Source: Alcanivorax sp.
GTDB lineage: Bacteria; Pseudomonadota; Gammaproteobacteria; Pseudomonadales; Alcanivoracaceae
Direction: 5' to 3'
Length of the DNA: 64,000 nt
NCBI GenBank assembly: GCA_042090255.1
Contig: JBELJS010000010.1
Span: 8,491 to 72,490 of the forward strand
Position 1 is the first letter of the stretch, and the number at the start of each line of letters is the position of its first letter. Positions 51,153 to 61,763 of the stretch are shown here, piece after piece. The notes under the pieces were generated by a model that was not told the origin of the DNA, ran no database searches, and saw only the letters and a program-made list of their open reading frames with translations. Made by a program: the position numbers and the translations under genes.

Positions 51153-52179
51153 TGTCGCGGGCCTCCTTGGACGAAGTGGCGGATTCGCCAACGCGGCTTT
51201 CGCCTTGCTTGGCCGGCGCTTTCTTCGCCAGACGGCGACCGCGCCAAGTCAGGAAGGTGCCGACCACGCCCTTGGGCATGAAGATCACCAACAGCACCAG
51301 CATCGGACCGAATACGATCATCCGGTACTCTTCGAAAGACTGCACTGCCTGGGTCAGCCAGGTGATCGCCATGGTGCCCACCAGCGGGCCCATCAGCGTG
51401 CCGATACCGCCCACCAGCAGGTAGGTGATGATGTCGAAGGTGTGCACCACCTCGGCTTCCGCGGGGCCGATAAAGCGCACCACGCCGGCGTACAGGCCAC
51501 CGGCGAGACCGGCGTAGACGGTGGACAGCACGAACGCCAGCACCTTGTTGCGCATCAAGTTGATGCCCAGGGACTGGGCCAGATCGTCACTGATACGGAT
51601 AGCCAGGAAGGTGCGCCCTACCAGCGAGCTGGAAATACGGCTCACCAACACGATCGCCAGGACCAGGAAGAACAGCACCAGATAGTAGAACGGAATGGTG
51701 CGGGTGAAATCGACCAGCCCGAAACCTTCCGGCGGCGCGATATTGATGATGCCCAGCGAGCCGTGAGTAAGCGCCTCCCACTTATCCAGCAGCAGGTAGA
51801 TGATGAAGCCCACACACAGGGTGAAGATGGCGAAGTAGTGTTCCTTGAGGCGCAGGGACACGATGCCCACCAGGAAACCGAACACCGCCGAGAACACGCC
51901 GGAGGCGACAAAGGCGGGCCAGAACGCCCAGCCGTGGTCCACGGTGAGAATAGCCACCACATAGGCGCCGATGGCGAAGAAGCCGCCGTGGGCCAGATTC
52001 AACTGGCCGCAGAAGCCGGTAATGATGTTCAAGCCGTACACGGCAATGGCCCAAATGAAGGCCAGTGCCATCACATAGATTTGGTATTCACTGCCCGCGA
52101 TCAGCGGGAAAATCAGGGCGAACGCCAACAGCACCACTTTCATGGCCGAGCTGGCGAAAAAGTTGGCAATGCGATCCAT
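51145..52179 (-). CDS. Branched-chain amino acid-type ABC permease (LivM-like)
   Basis: 344 aa, polytopic, in operon order with the LivH-, LivG- and LivF-like genes. Confidence 0.85.
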   Translation of the reverse strand: MDRIANFFASSAMKVVLLAFALIFPLIAGSEYQIYVMALAFIWAIAVYGLNIITGFCGQLNLAHGGFFAIGAYVVAILTVDHGWAFWPAFVASGVFSAVFGFLVGIVSLRLKEHYFAIFTLCVGFIIYLLLDKWEALTHGSLGIINIAPPEGFGLVDFTRTIPFYYLVLFFLVLAIVLVSRISSSLVGRTFLAIRISDDLAQSLGINLMRNKVLAFVLSTVYAGLAGGLYAGVVRFIGPAEAEVVHTFDIITYLLVGGIGTLMGPLVGTMAITWLTQAVQSFEEYRMIVFGPMLVLLVIFMPKGVVGTFLTWRGRRLAKKAPAKQGESRVGESATSSKEARDNA

Positions 52180-53042
52180 TAGCGCACCCCCTTGGTGAAC
52201 AGGCCGGTGGGCTTGATGGAGAGAATCACCACCAGCAGAACAAAGGCAATCAGATCCTTATAGGTGCTGGAGACGTAGTAACCACCCAGCGCTTCGGCGA
52301 AGCCGATGATCAGACCGCCAACGATGGCACCGGGGATGCTGCCCATGCCGCCGAGAATAATGATCACGAAGGCTTTCATGATCACCAGGTGCCCCATCGC
52401 CGGGTACACCAGGTTGATCGGCGCGAACAGGCTGGCGCCCACCGCCGCCAGGAAGCCGGCAATGGCGAAGGTCATCATCGCGACCCGGTTGGCGTCGATG
52501 CCGACCAGGAAGGCGCCTTCCCGGTTCTGCGCCATGGCGATAATGGTGGAGCCAGTCATGGTTTTCTTCAGGTACAGGTGCAGCGCGCCCATGATGGTGA
52601 AGGCGCCGACAATGATCAGCAGCCGCTGGGCCGGCAGTACCAGACCACCGAACTCGAGGATGCCGGTGTAAGGGGTTGGCATGCGACGGAAATCGGAGCC
52701 CCAGTACATCTGCACCACCGCTTCCAGGAACAACAGAATGCCGATGGCGGCGATCTTGTCGTGGATCGGCGGCGCGTGCCGCAGCGGGTGAAACACCAGA
52801 CGTTCGCAGAGCACCGACAGACCGGCCACGAAAATGCCGGCGCCGAGCATGGCGATCCAGTAGTTGAGCCCCAGATCCACCATGATGTAGTAACTGATAT
52901 AGGCGCCCACCATGTAGAGAGCACCATGGGCAAAGTTGGGAACGTGCAAAATGCCGTACACCAGGGTCAGACCCAGGGCCACGAGGCCGTAGATGCTGCC
53001 CAGAGTGAGGCCATTAAGCGCTTGCTGAAGAAACGCGTCCAA
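52179..53042 (-). CDS. Branched-chain amino acid-type ABC permease (LivH-like)
   Basis: 287 aa. MDAFLQQALNGLTLGSIYGLVALGLTLVYG is the typical LivH N-terminus. Confidence 0.85.
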   Translation of the reverse strand: MDAFLQQALNGLTLGSIYGLVALGLTLVYGILHVPNFAHGALYMVGAYISYYIMVDLGLNYWIAMLGAGIFVAGLSVLCERLVFHPLRHAPPIHDKIAAIGILLFLEAVVQMYWGSDFRRMPTPYTGILEFGGLVLPAQRLLIIVGAFTIMGALHLYLKKTMTGSTIIAMAQNREGAFLVGIDANRVAMMTFAIAGFLAAVGASLFAPINLVYPAMGHLVIMKAFVIIILGGMGSIPGAIVGGLIIGFAEALGGYYVSSTYKDLIAFVLLVVILSIKPTGLFTKGVR

Positions 53043-53158
53043 GGCTGAGCCTCCTGTTCGTTTTATTTGAGAAACAACATCCCAGCGAGCGGCGAGGTCC
53101 CATCCGCGTCGGTCGAACTGCGGGACGTTGTTTCAGCTTTTTTTGGGTGTTGGAATTG

Positions 53159-54835
53159 TCAGGCTTTTTGTTGCTGTTCAGCCCATTCCTCTTCCTGCAT
53201 CGCACGCCACATCACCTTGCCGGTGGGCGAGCGCGGCAGCTCATCGCGGAACTCGACGATCTGAGGCACCTTGTAGGCGGCCATCTGTTCCTTGCACCAA
53301 GCGATGATTTCGTCCTCGCTGACCTTGCCCTTGTGGTCGGCGGCCAGCACCACACAAGCTTTCACGGTTTCGCCGCGGCGCTCGTGCGGGGCGGAGATGA
53401 TGCAGCTTTCCTGGATCGCTGGATGCCGGTACATAAGACTTTCGACCTCGGCGGGCCAAACTTTAAACCCGGACGCGTTGATCATGCGTTTCACCCGGTC
53501 AACGATGAAGAAGTAGCCCTCTTCGTCGTAGTAGCCCATATCGCCGGTGCGGAAGAAACGTTCGCCGTCGATTTCGATGAAGGCTTTCTGAGTTTCCAGC
53601 GGGCGGTTCCAGTAGCCCTGGAAGATTTGCGGCCCGCGGGAAATGATCTCGCCCACTTCGCCGACGCCCATTTCCTTGCCGCTGTCCACATCGATCACCC
53701 GTGAATCCACGTCAAATACCGGAATGCCCAAACACTGCTTTTTGGGTTTCTCGGAGGGGTTGATGTGGGTCGCGGCGATGGTCTCGGACAGACCGTACCC
53801 TTCGATGTAACGCAGACCGGTAAGCTTGAACAGCTTATCGGACACCGCTTCGGGCATGGCCGCCCCGCCGCCGCCGATGTTCTCCAGGCTGGACAGGTCG
53901 AAGCTTTCCACGTCCGGGTCGGAAAGCAGATCGATGGCCATGGTGACGATGTTGGTCCAGCTGGTAACGCGGTAGCGCTCAATCAGCTTGGCGGCGGTGC
54001 GGCGGTCCCAGCGGGTCATCAGCACGATGCAGGACCCCAGGAAGATGGGGCCGTTCATGGCACCCTGCATGCCGGTGACGTGGAAGTACGGCAGCGTCGA
54101 CAGGGTCACGCCCTCGCGGCCACCGCCGGAGCGCCAGGCGGCGCCGTGCACGCAAGTGGCCATCACCGAGCGGTGGGTATGCATGCAGCCCTTGGGCGCG
54201 CCGGTGGTGCCCGAGCTGTAGGGGAACACGGCCAGATCGTCCGGGCCCACCAGCAGCTCACCGGGCTGGTGACCGGCGCCCAGGGCGTCACCCCAGGCAA
54301 TGGTGCCCGCGGTGGCCAGCGGCTGCGCCGGGGCAGCCACTTCGGCGGGCAAATCCAGATCGGTCTGCGGATGGATGTAATCACTGTAGGCGCCAACGAT
54401 AACGTGGCGCAGGCGCTCATGGCCGATCAGCGGTTCAATGTGCGGGAACACTTCCTGGCTGCACAGACACACGGAAGCCTGAGTGTCCTGGAGATAATGC
54501 TCCAGCTCGGCGCTACGGTTCATCGGGTTGATCGGCACGACAATGGCGTTGGCGCGCAGAATGGCGTAGTAACTGATGATGAACTGCGGTGCGTTCTGCA
54601 TGAACAGCATCACCCGGTCGCCTTTCTCCACGCCCAGATGCTGCAGTTCGCCCGCCAGGGCGTCCACCTGCTGCTTGAGTTCCCGGTAGGTGATAGGCGC
54701 ATCATAGTAAATGATGGCGTTTTCATCCGGGTAGCGCAGCGCGGAAATTTCGAGGTTGCTGTAAAGGCTGGTTTCCGGAAGCTTGAGCTGATGAGGCAGC
54801 CCCTCCGGCCAGACGGCAAAATGCCGATCAAACAT
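53159..54835 (-). CDS. Acyl-CoA synthetase / fatty-acid--CoA ligase (ANL superfamily)
   Basis: Start trimmed to MFDRHFAVWPEG, preceded by GGGAGAG. YSSGTTGAPKG AMP-binding motif. GYGLSE and TGDMGYYDEEGYFFIVDR are present. Confidence 0.9.
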   Translation of the reverse strand: MFDRHFAVWPEGLPHQLKLPETSLYSNLEISALRYPDENAIIYYDAPITYRELKQQVDALAGELQHLGVEKGDRVMLFMQNAPQFIISYYAILRANAIVVPINPMNRSAELEHYLQDTQASVCLCSQEVFPHIEPLIGHERLRHVIVGAYSDYIHPQTDLDLPAEVAAPAQPLATAGTIAWGDALGAGHQPGELLVGPDDLAVFPYSSGTTGAPKGCMHTHRSVMATCVHGAAWRSGGGREGVTLSTLPYFHVTGMQGAMNGPIFLGSCIVLMTRWDRRTAAKLIERYRVTSWTNIVTMAIDLLSDPDVESFDLSSLENIGGGGAAMPEAVSDKLFKLTGLRYIEGYGLSETIAATHINPSEKPKKQCLGIPVFDVDSRVIDVDSGKEMGVGEVGEIISRGPQIFQGYWNRPLETQKAFIEIDGERFFRTGDMGYYDEEGYFFIVDRVKRMINASGFKVWPAEVESLMYRHPAIQESCIISAPHERRGETVKACVVLAADHKGKVSEDEIIAWCKEQMAAYKVPQIVEFRDELPRSPTGKVMWRAMQEEEWAEQQQKA

Positions 54836-55060
54836 GCCTGTGCTCTCCCTGTGTTTTCTATATCGACGGCCGGCCACGGAACACCGTGGCCGGCCGTTTG
54901 GATTGTTGTAAGGCCCGCGGAGACGCGGAAAGTACCGGCCCTCTACCCGGGTTGTTGTTAACGCGGATACAAAACCAGTACCGAAGTTGACCAAGCGGTC
55001 AATCTGACATGGCGCCCCTGGGGCGTCAATACTATTTTGGAATATGGTTTCGCATTTGGC

Positions 55061-55233
55061 CTGTAGGAGCGGGCCTTGTGCGAGCGGGCCCCGCCCGCGA
55101 AAGGGAGCGCAGCTCCCGGCAGGATTCCAGAGGCCTTATTCAGAGACGTCGTTGAAGCCCCGCTTTCTTGGGTCTCTGGGATCCTGCCGGCAAGCGGAGC
55201 TTGCCTTTCGCGGGCGGGGCCCGCTCCTACAAG
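55061..55233. repeat. REPIN (REP type 1)
   Basis: Hairpins are gggagcgcagctccc and ggcaagcggagcttgcc. Confidence 0.9.
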
Positions 55234-55249
55234 GTGCTTCGATGTTACG

Positions 55250-56047
55250 TTAGCGGGGCAACGGCCGGTCGCCCTGCTCAAAGCATTTATCCGCCAAGAC
55301 ATCGTCGCAGCGGGTGGGCTGCAGCGGCATCACCGAGATGTGCCCGTCGCGCAGGGCGACCACATCGGACTGCGGGTGATCGATGCTGGACGGACGGCGC
55401 TCAAAGGACAGCCAGTGGTAGGCCAGCCCGCGGCCGTCGGTGCCGTGCACCAGACGCGGGGCGGCGATACCGCCGCCAATCTGCCGGGTAAAGCGGCTGC
55501 CGCGCAGATCAGCCACCGGCAGGTCGGGGAAGTTGATGTTCCAGCAGGCGCGCTGGTAACCGTCACGGTCGGCGCCGGCGCTCCACAGCTCGCGGATCAG
55601 GCCAGCCGCATAGCGAGTGGTGGGCGCATAGTCGATGGCCGCGCGGTCAACGAACGCCTGGCTCAGGGCGATGCCCGGCAAGCCCAGGTGGGCGGCCGCC
55701 AGCACCGCGCCGACGGTGCCCGAATACATCACCGAATCACTCAGGTTGGCGCCGCAGTTGACGCCGGACAGCACCAGGTCCGGCGCCTCGTCCTTGAACC
55801 ATTCGGCCATGGCAAACATCACGCAATCCGCCGGCGTGCCGGACAGCGCGAAGCGCCGCTCACCATGGTGATAAACGCGCAGCGGCGTATGCAGGGAGAT
55901 GCCCTGCCCCACCCCACTCTGGTCGTGCTCCGGCGCCACCACCCAGACCTCTTCGGCCAGTTGCGCGGCGATATCCTCGGCGATCTTCAGTCCCGGCGCG
56001 TCGATGCCGTCATCATTGGTCAACAAAATCCTGCCAAACGGCCTCAT
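55250..56047 (-). CDS. surE: 5'/3'-nucleotidase SurE
   Basis: ILLTNDDGIDAPGL and GVNCGANL. 265 aa. Confidence 0.9.
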   Translation of the reverse strand: MRPFGRILLTNDDGIDAPGLKIAEDIAAQLAEEVWVVAPEHDQSGVGQGISLHTPLRVYHHGERRFALSGTPADCVMFAMAEWFKDEAPDLVLSGVNCGANLSDSVMYSGTVGAVLAAAHLGLPGIALSQAFVDRAAIDYAPTTRYAAGLIRELWSAGADRDGYQRACWNINFPDLPVADLRGSRFTRQIGGGIAAPRLVHGTDGRGLAYHWLSFERRPSSIDHPQSDVVALRDGHISVMPLQPTRCDDVLADKCFEQGDRPLPR

Positions 56048-56062
56048 AAAAACCCCAAAAAA

Positions 56063-56179
56063 TAGTTAATAGTTAACAGTGAATAGTGAATAGTGAATAG
56101 TTGGGCGGCTCCGCCGGCACGGCTTCGGCGACAAAGCCGCCCAACTATTAACTGTTCACTGTTACCTGTTCACTGCTAC
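56063..56179. other. AT-rich low-complexity hairpin built from gaatagt/cactgtt short repeats
   Basis: The core stem aatagttgggcggc (56096-56109) pairs with gccgcccaactatt (56137-56150). The flanking arms carry three copies of gtgaatag on the left and the imperfect complements ctgttcact/ctgttacct/gttcactg on the right. Confidence 0.7.
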
Positions 56180-57231
56180 TTGTGTGTTCTTGCGATCTGC
56201 CAGCCGCGCTCGGCGATCAGCCCGGCCCGCTTGCCCACTTCCAGGGCATTGCGGTTGCTGGCATTGCCTTGCAGGGCGCGGGCGTAAACCCCTTGCAGAA
56301 TAGCCGCGGAACGAAACAAGGCAAAGGCCAGGAACACCGGCCAGTCGTTGATGCCGTCGCGGCCGGCGCCTTCGCAGTAACGCTGCAGCAGGCTCTGCTC
56401 GTCGGGGATGCCGCGGGCGCGCAGGTCCAGGCCGTCGAGGCCGCGCACGCCGTTGACACCGTGGGGCATGTGGTACGGCAGGCAGCAGTAGGCCAGGTCG
56501 GCAAGCGGGTGGCCGATGGTGGCCAGTTCCCAGTCGAGCACCGCCACCACCTTGGATTCGCGGTTGTCGACCAGCAGGTTGCCGAGCCGGAAATCGCCGT
56601 GGGCGATGGCGGCGCTGTCGTCTTGCGGGATGTTGTTCGCCAGCCAGGCCATCAGGTTGTCCATGGCCGGCAATTCATCGGTCTTGGAGGCTTCGTACTG
56701 GGCGCTCCAGCGCTTCACCTGGCGCTCCACGTAGCCCTGGGGCTTGCCGAAATCGCCCAGGCCGGCGGCCTGGTAGTCGACGCTGTGCAGCTTAGCCAGG
56801 GTGTCGATCTTGTCGTTGTAGAGGTCGGCGCGCTGATCCTTGGGCAGGGCTTCCAGCTGCGGCTGGGTGAACACCCGGCCGGGCACGAAATCCATCACGT
56901 AGAAGCTGGTGCCGATCACCGCGTCGTCCTCGCACAGCACGTGCATGGCCGGCACCGGCACCTCGCTGTGCTCGCCGAGCGCCTTCATAACCCGGTATTC
57001 CCGGTCCACCTGGTGGGCGGAGGGCAACACCTTGCCGGGCGGCTTCTTGCGCAGCACGTATTCGCGGTCGCCGCTTTGCAGCAGATAGGTGGGGTTGGAC
57101 TGCCCGCCCTGGAACTGACGCACTTTCAACGCGCCTTCCAGCAAACCCTGCTCTTTCAAATATTCGGCAAGACGCGCTTCGTCGATGCGGTGTGCGTCCA
57201 GGACCGGCACGATTTCCGGTTGACCTTCCAT
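56176..57231 (-). CDS. Phosphotransferase-family protein (APH/ACAD10-11 kinase-domain-like)
   Basis: Start trimmed to MEGQPEIV, preceded by GAGGAA. QGGQSNPTY, HGDFRLGNLL (Brenner HxDxxxxN) and LDWELATIG are present. Confidence 0.85.
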   Translation of the reverse strand: MEGQPEIVPVLDAHRIDEARLAEYLKEQGLLEGALKVRQFQGGQSNPTYLLQSGDREYVLRKKPPGKVLPSAHQVDREYRVMKALGEHSEVPVPAMHVLCEDDAVIGTSFYVMDFVPGRVFTQPQLEALPKDQRADLYNDKIDTLAKLHSVDYQAAGLGDFGKPQGYVERQVKRWSAQYEASKTDELPAMDNLMAWLANNIPQDDSAAIAHGDFRLGNLLVDNRESKVVAVLDWELATIGHPLADLAYCCLPYHMPHGVNGVRGLDGLDLRARGIPDEQSLLQRYCEGAGRDGINDWPVFLAFALFRSAAILQGVYARALQGNASNRNALEVGKRAGLIAERGWQIARTHK

Positions 57232-57262
57232 AACTATTCCTCGAATCAAGTTCGCGGCGCCG

Positions 57263-57438
57263 CTGTGGGAGCGAGCCTGGTGGGAGCGGGCCCCGCCCGC
57301 GAAAGGCCGGCAACGCCGGCCGGCTGGATACCAGAGGCCTTACAAGGCGGATCACCAACGAGGTCTCTGGAATCCTGCGGGGCAACCTTTGCCGGGTGGC
57401 TTCGCCACCCTTTCGCGGGCAGGGCCCGCTCCCACAAG
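57263..57438. repeat. REPIN (REP type 1)
   Basis: Hairpins are ggccggcaacgccggcc and gggtggcttcgccaccc. The ggcaacctttgcc module is present. Confidence 0.9.
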
Positions 57439-57460
57439 AGCTGTTCCATAACGCCGGTCG

Positions 57461-58225
57461 CTAACAAATGGTTTCGCCGCCGTCGGCGACGATGGTCTGC
57501 CCGGTGACATAGGCGCTGGCCGGGCTGGCCAGGAACAGCGCCACGCCGGCGATGTCCACCGGCTCGCCGATGCGCCGCACCGGGGTGCGCTCTTCAGCAC
57601 GCTGGCGGCGCACCGGGTCCTCGGTGAGCGCCTTGGCGAAGTCGGTGCGCACCAGCCCCGGGGCGATGCTGTTAACGCGGACGTTGCGCGGCCCCCACTC
57701 CACCGCCAGATTGCGCGCCAGGGCCGCCTCGGCAGCCTTGGAGACGCCGTAGGTGCCAATGGTGGCGTTGCCGCGCAGGCCGGCGATGCTGGAAATGATA
57801 ATGACATTGCCGCCGCCGTTCTTGTCCATCTCCGGCAGCACCCGGTTGCACAGCCAGAAGGTGCCCTTGGCGTTGGTGTCCATGATCTTGTCCCAGGCCT
57901 CGTCGGTGAGCTCGGAGGTGGGGCCGTAGACCGGGTTAGTGGCGGCGTTGCAGACCAGAATATCGATGCGGCCGAAAGCGGCCAGGGTTTCGTCGACCAG
58001 GTTCATCAGGTCGTCTTTCTTGCCGACGTTGCAGGGCACCGCGATGGCCTCGCCGCCGGCGGCCTTGATCGCCTCGCAGACGTCGTGGCAGGGCTCCGGC
58101 TTGCGGCTGGAGATCACCACCTTGGCGCCGGCGGCGGCCATTTCCTCGGCGATGGCCTTGCCGATGCCCTTGGTGGAACCGGTGATCAGGGCGACCTTGC
58201 CTTGCAGATCAAAAAGTTTGCTCAT
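57461..58225 (-). CDS. Short-chain dehydrogenase/reductase (classical SDR)
   Basis: Start trimmed to MSKLFDLQGKVALITGSTKGIGKA (TGxxxGIG). YGVSKAA (YxxxK) is present. Confidence 0.9.
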   Translation of the reverse strand: MSKLFDLQGKVALITGSTKGIGKAIAEEMAAAGAKVVISSRKPEPCHDVCEAIKAAGGEAIAVPCNVGKKDDLMNLVDETLAAFGRIDILVCNAATNPVYGPTSELTDEAWDKIMDTNAKGTFWLCNRVLPEMDKNGGGNVIIISSIAGLRGNATIGTYGVSKAAEAALARNLAVEWGPRNVRVNSIAPGLVRTDFAKALTEDPVRRQRAEERTPVRRIGEPVDIAGVALFLASPASAYVTGQTIVADGGETIC

Positions 58226-58258
58226 TGTTGTTCTCCCGAGATTCGTTTGACGCACCGG

Positions 58259-58415
58259 TTGTAGGAGCGGGCCCTGCCCGCGAAAGGGTGGCGAAGCCAC
58301 CCGGCAAAGGTTGCCCCGCAGGATTCCAGAGACCTTGTTGGTTATCCGCTTTATAAGGTCTCTGGAATCCTGCCGGCCGCTGAGCGGCCTTTCGCGGGCG
58401 GGGCCCGCTCCTACA
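58259..58415. repeat. REPIN (REP type 1)
   Basis: Hairpins are gggtggcgaagccaccc and ggccgctgagcggcc. The ggcaaaggttgcc module is present. Confidence 0.9.
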
Positions 58416-58421
58416 CGTCAT

Positions 58422-59624
<1,203 letters not shown>

Positions 59625-59723
59625 CGGGGGGCTCTCCTCGGTGTTTATTCTGGTCTTGAATCGGCCCCGAAATGTGGCATGACCGGATGGTCGCGTCAAA
59701 TTTTTCGGAACGATGTTCCGAAA

Positions 59724-60359
59724 TTACCGACCGGACAGGGACGGGCACTCGCGCAGGCTGCCCAGGTAGCAATCAACGAAGTGTTCGGCCTCCGCTTCCA
59801 GGTCGAAGGCCTCGGGAATCAGCAGCCAGGTGTAGAGCATGCCGGTCATCTGCACGTGCAACATGGTGATGGCGCGCTCCATGTTAAGAGTGGCGGGCAG
59901 CTGCCCTTGGGCGATGGCATTATTGAGAGTACGGCGAATCATGTCGGAACCGTCCAGGTAGGTCTCTTGTTGCCTGGCCATGAGCGGGTCGGTCTGGGCG
60001 GTGAACTCGCATTTGTGGAAGATGATTTCGAACACGCGTTTCCGGCGCGGATCTCGCACGGTATCGTGCAGCACATAGACCAGCAGCTCGCGTAGCTTGC
60101 CCAGCGGATCGGTCTCGTCCGGGCTTTCCGCTTGCTGGGAAAGGGACTCCATGGGCAGACGGTGCCGTTCAGTCATGGCGACGAAGACATCGTGCTTGTT
60201 CTTGAAATGCCAGTAGATCGCACCCCGGGTGACGCCCGCCTCTTCGGCGATGTCGTTCAGGGACGAGCGGGAAACCCCCTTTTCATGAAACACGCGTTCG
60301 GCGGCATCAATGATCTGTTCGCGAGTTTCGAGGGCTTCCGCCTTGGTGCGCCTGGCCAT
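59724..60359 (-). CDS. acrR: TetR/AcrR-family transcriptional repressor
   Basis: HTH region SLNDIAEEAGVTRGAIYWHFKNK. It is divergent from the RND adaptor gene. Confidence 0.85.
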   Translation of the reverse strand: MARRTKAEALETREQIIDAAERVFHEKGVSRSSLNDIAEEAGVTRGAIYWHFKNKHDVFVAMTERHRLPMESLSQQAESPDETDPLGKLRELLVYVLHDTVRDPRRKRVFEIIFHKCEFTAQTDPLMARQQETYLDGSDMIRRTLNNAIAQGQLPATLNMERAITMLHVQMTGMLYTWLLIPEAFDLEAEAEHFVDCYLGSLRECPSLSGR

Positions 60360-60405
60360 AGGCTGCTCCTGGGTCCGACCGGGTAAGGATTCATAGTTTA
60401 TTCAC

Positions 60406-60433
60406 TATACATACGTTCCTGGATGTATGTATA
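60406..60433. promoter_or_regulatory. AcrR-type operator palindrome
   Basis: TATACATAC-gttcctggat-GTATGTATA. The half-sites match the remembered E. coli AcrR operator TACATACATTTGTGAATGTATGTA. Confidence 0.7.
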
Positions 60434-60482
60434 CTCCCTGACTGCTTTTCCATCCGCTTTTAATAGAAAAACCGAGGTTCCC

Positions 60483-61751
60483 ATGCGCACAGCTCCGGTT
60501 ACTTTACCGATTGCCCTATTTCTCAGTCTCGCCCTCGCGGCCTGCGGTGGCGACGACCAGGCGGGCGGTGATCGGCCGCCGCCGGAAGCCGGTTTTATCG
60601 CCGTTGAACCAGAGGCGTTCACCATCACCAGTGAGCTGCCCGGGCGCACCACCCCACACCAGGTGGCCGAGGTGCGCCCGCAGGTCAACGGCCTCATCGA
60701 AGAGCGGCTGTTCGAAGAAGGCCAGCTGGTGGAAAAAGGCGAGCCGCTTTACCGCATCGACGACAGCCTCTACCAGGCGGATGTAGAGAGCGCTCGGGCC
60801 CAACTGGCGCGGGCCCAGGCGACGCTGAAGTCGACCCGGCTGCGCGCGCAGCGGTTTGAAAAACTGTTGGACATGAAAGCGGTGAGCCAGCAGGAGTATG
60901 ACGAAGCGGAGGCCGCGCTGGGCGAGAACCAGGCCCAGGTGGCGGCGGCCCGGGCGGCGCTGAGCAGCGCCCGCACCAACCTGGATTACACCACCCTGGA
61001 AGCGCCCATCAGCGGCCGCATCGGCCGCTCTTCGGTGACCGCCGGGGCGCTGGTGACCGCCAACCAGGCACAGACTCTGGCCACGATCCGGCAGCTGGAC
61101 CCAATCTACGTGGACCTGACCCAATCCGCCCGGGAGCTGCGCCGCCTGCGCCAGGCGCTGGAAAACGGCGAGCTGGAAAAGGTCGGCGACGACAAGGCGC
61201 GGGTCACCCTGCTGATGGAAGACGGCAGCGAGTACAAGCATGAGGGCGTGCTGCAGTTTTCCGAGTACGCGGTGGAAGAAAGCACCGGCTCCGTGACCTT
61301 GCGGGCGCTGTTCCCCAACCCCGACGGCGACCTGCTGCCGGGCATGTTCGTGCGCGCCAAGCTCCCCGAAGGCGAACGCAGCAACGCCATTCTGGTGCCA
61401 CAGAAAGGCATCGCCCGGGACTCCACCGGCCAAGCCACGGCCATGGTGATCAATGACAACGATCAGGTGGAGCGGCGCAACGTGACCACCGAACAGGCGG
61501 TGGGCAACCGCTGGCTGATCGCCGAAGGGCTGAGCGGCGGCGACCGCTTGATCGTGGAAGGCCTGCAGAAAATCCAGCCGGGCATGACCATCAAGCCGGT
61601 GAAGGTGGATGAAGAACAGGCCGAGGCCGGCCCGCAGGCGGAGAAAGGCGAGACGCCGCCCGAACAGAAGCAGCAAGAGCGGCAGGAAGGTCTCGGCGGC
61701 GAGAACCCGGCTTCAAGCGGCGCCCAGATGGGCGGCGGCGAAAACCAGTAA
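60483..61751 (+). CDS. acrA: RND efflux periplasmic adaptor lipoprotein (AcrA/MexA family)
   Basis: Start trimmed to MRTAPVTLPIALFLSLALAACGG (lipobox). Coiled-coil hairpin region. C-terminal Glu/Gln/Gly-rich tail. Confidence 0.9.
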   Translation: MRTAPVTLPIALFLSLALAACGGDDQAGGDRPPPEAGFIAVEPEAFTITSELPGRTTPHQVAEVRPQVNGLIEERLFEEGQLVEKGEPLYRIDDSLYQADVESARAQLARAQATLKSTRLRAQRFEKLLDMKAVSQQEYDEAEAALGENQAQVAAARAALSSARTNLDYTTLEAPISGRIGRSSVTAGALVTANQAQTLATIRQLDPIYVDLTQSARELRRLRQALENGELEKVGDDKARVTLLMEDGSEYKHEGVLQFSEYAVEESTGSVTLRALFPNPDGDLLPGMFVRAKLPEGERSNAILVPQKGIARDSTGQATAMVINDNDQVERRNVTTEQAVGNRWLIAEGLSGGDRLIVEGLQKIQPGMTIKPVKVDEEQAEAGPQAEKGETPPEQKQQERQEGLGGENPASSGAQMGGGENQ

Positions 61752-61763
61752 TCGGGGATTATC

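Noticed and set aside
53043-53158. Long-loop inverted repeat (gaaacaacatccc ... gggacgttgtttc followed by a T-run on the plus strand) between the ligase gene and livH, as a possible terminator.
   Set aside because: The T-run is on the wrong strand for the minus-strand operon, and the loop is about 35 nt. The evidence is insufficient.
55250-56047. surE found away from the usual surE-pcm-nlpD-rpoS context, as a possible rearrangement.
   Set aside because: That gene order is not universal outside enterics, and nothing else in the sequence indicates a rearrangement. It is noted only as context.
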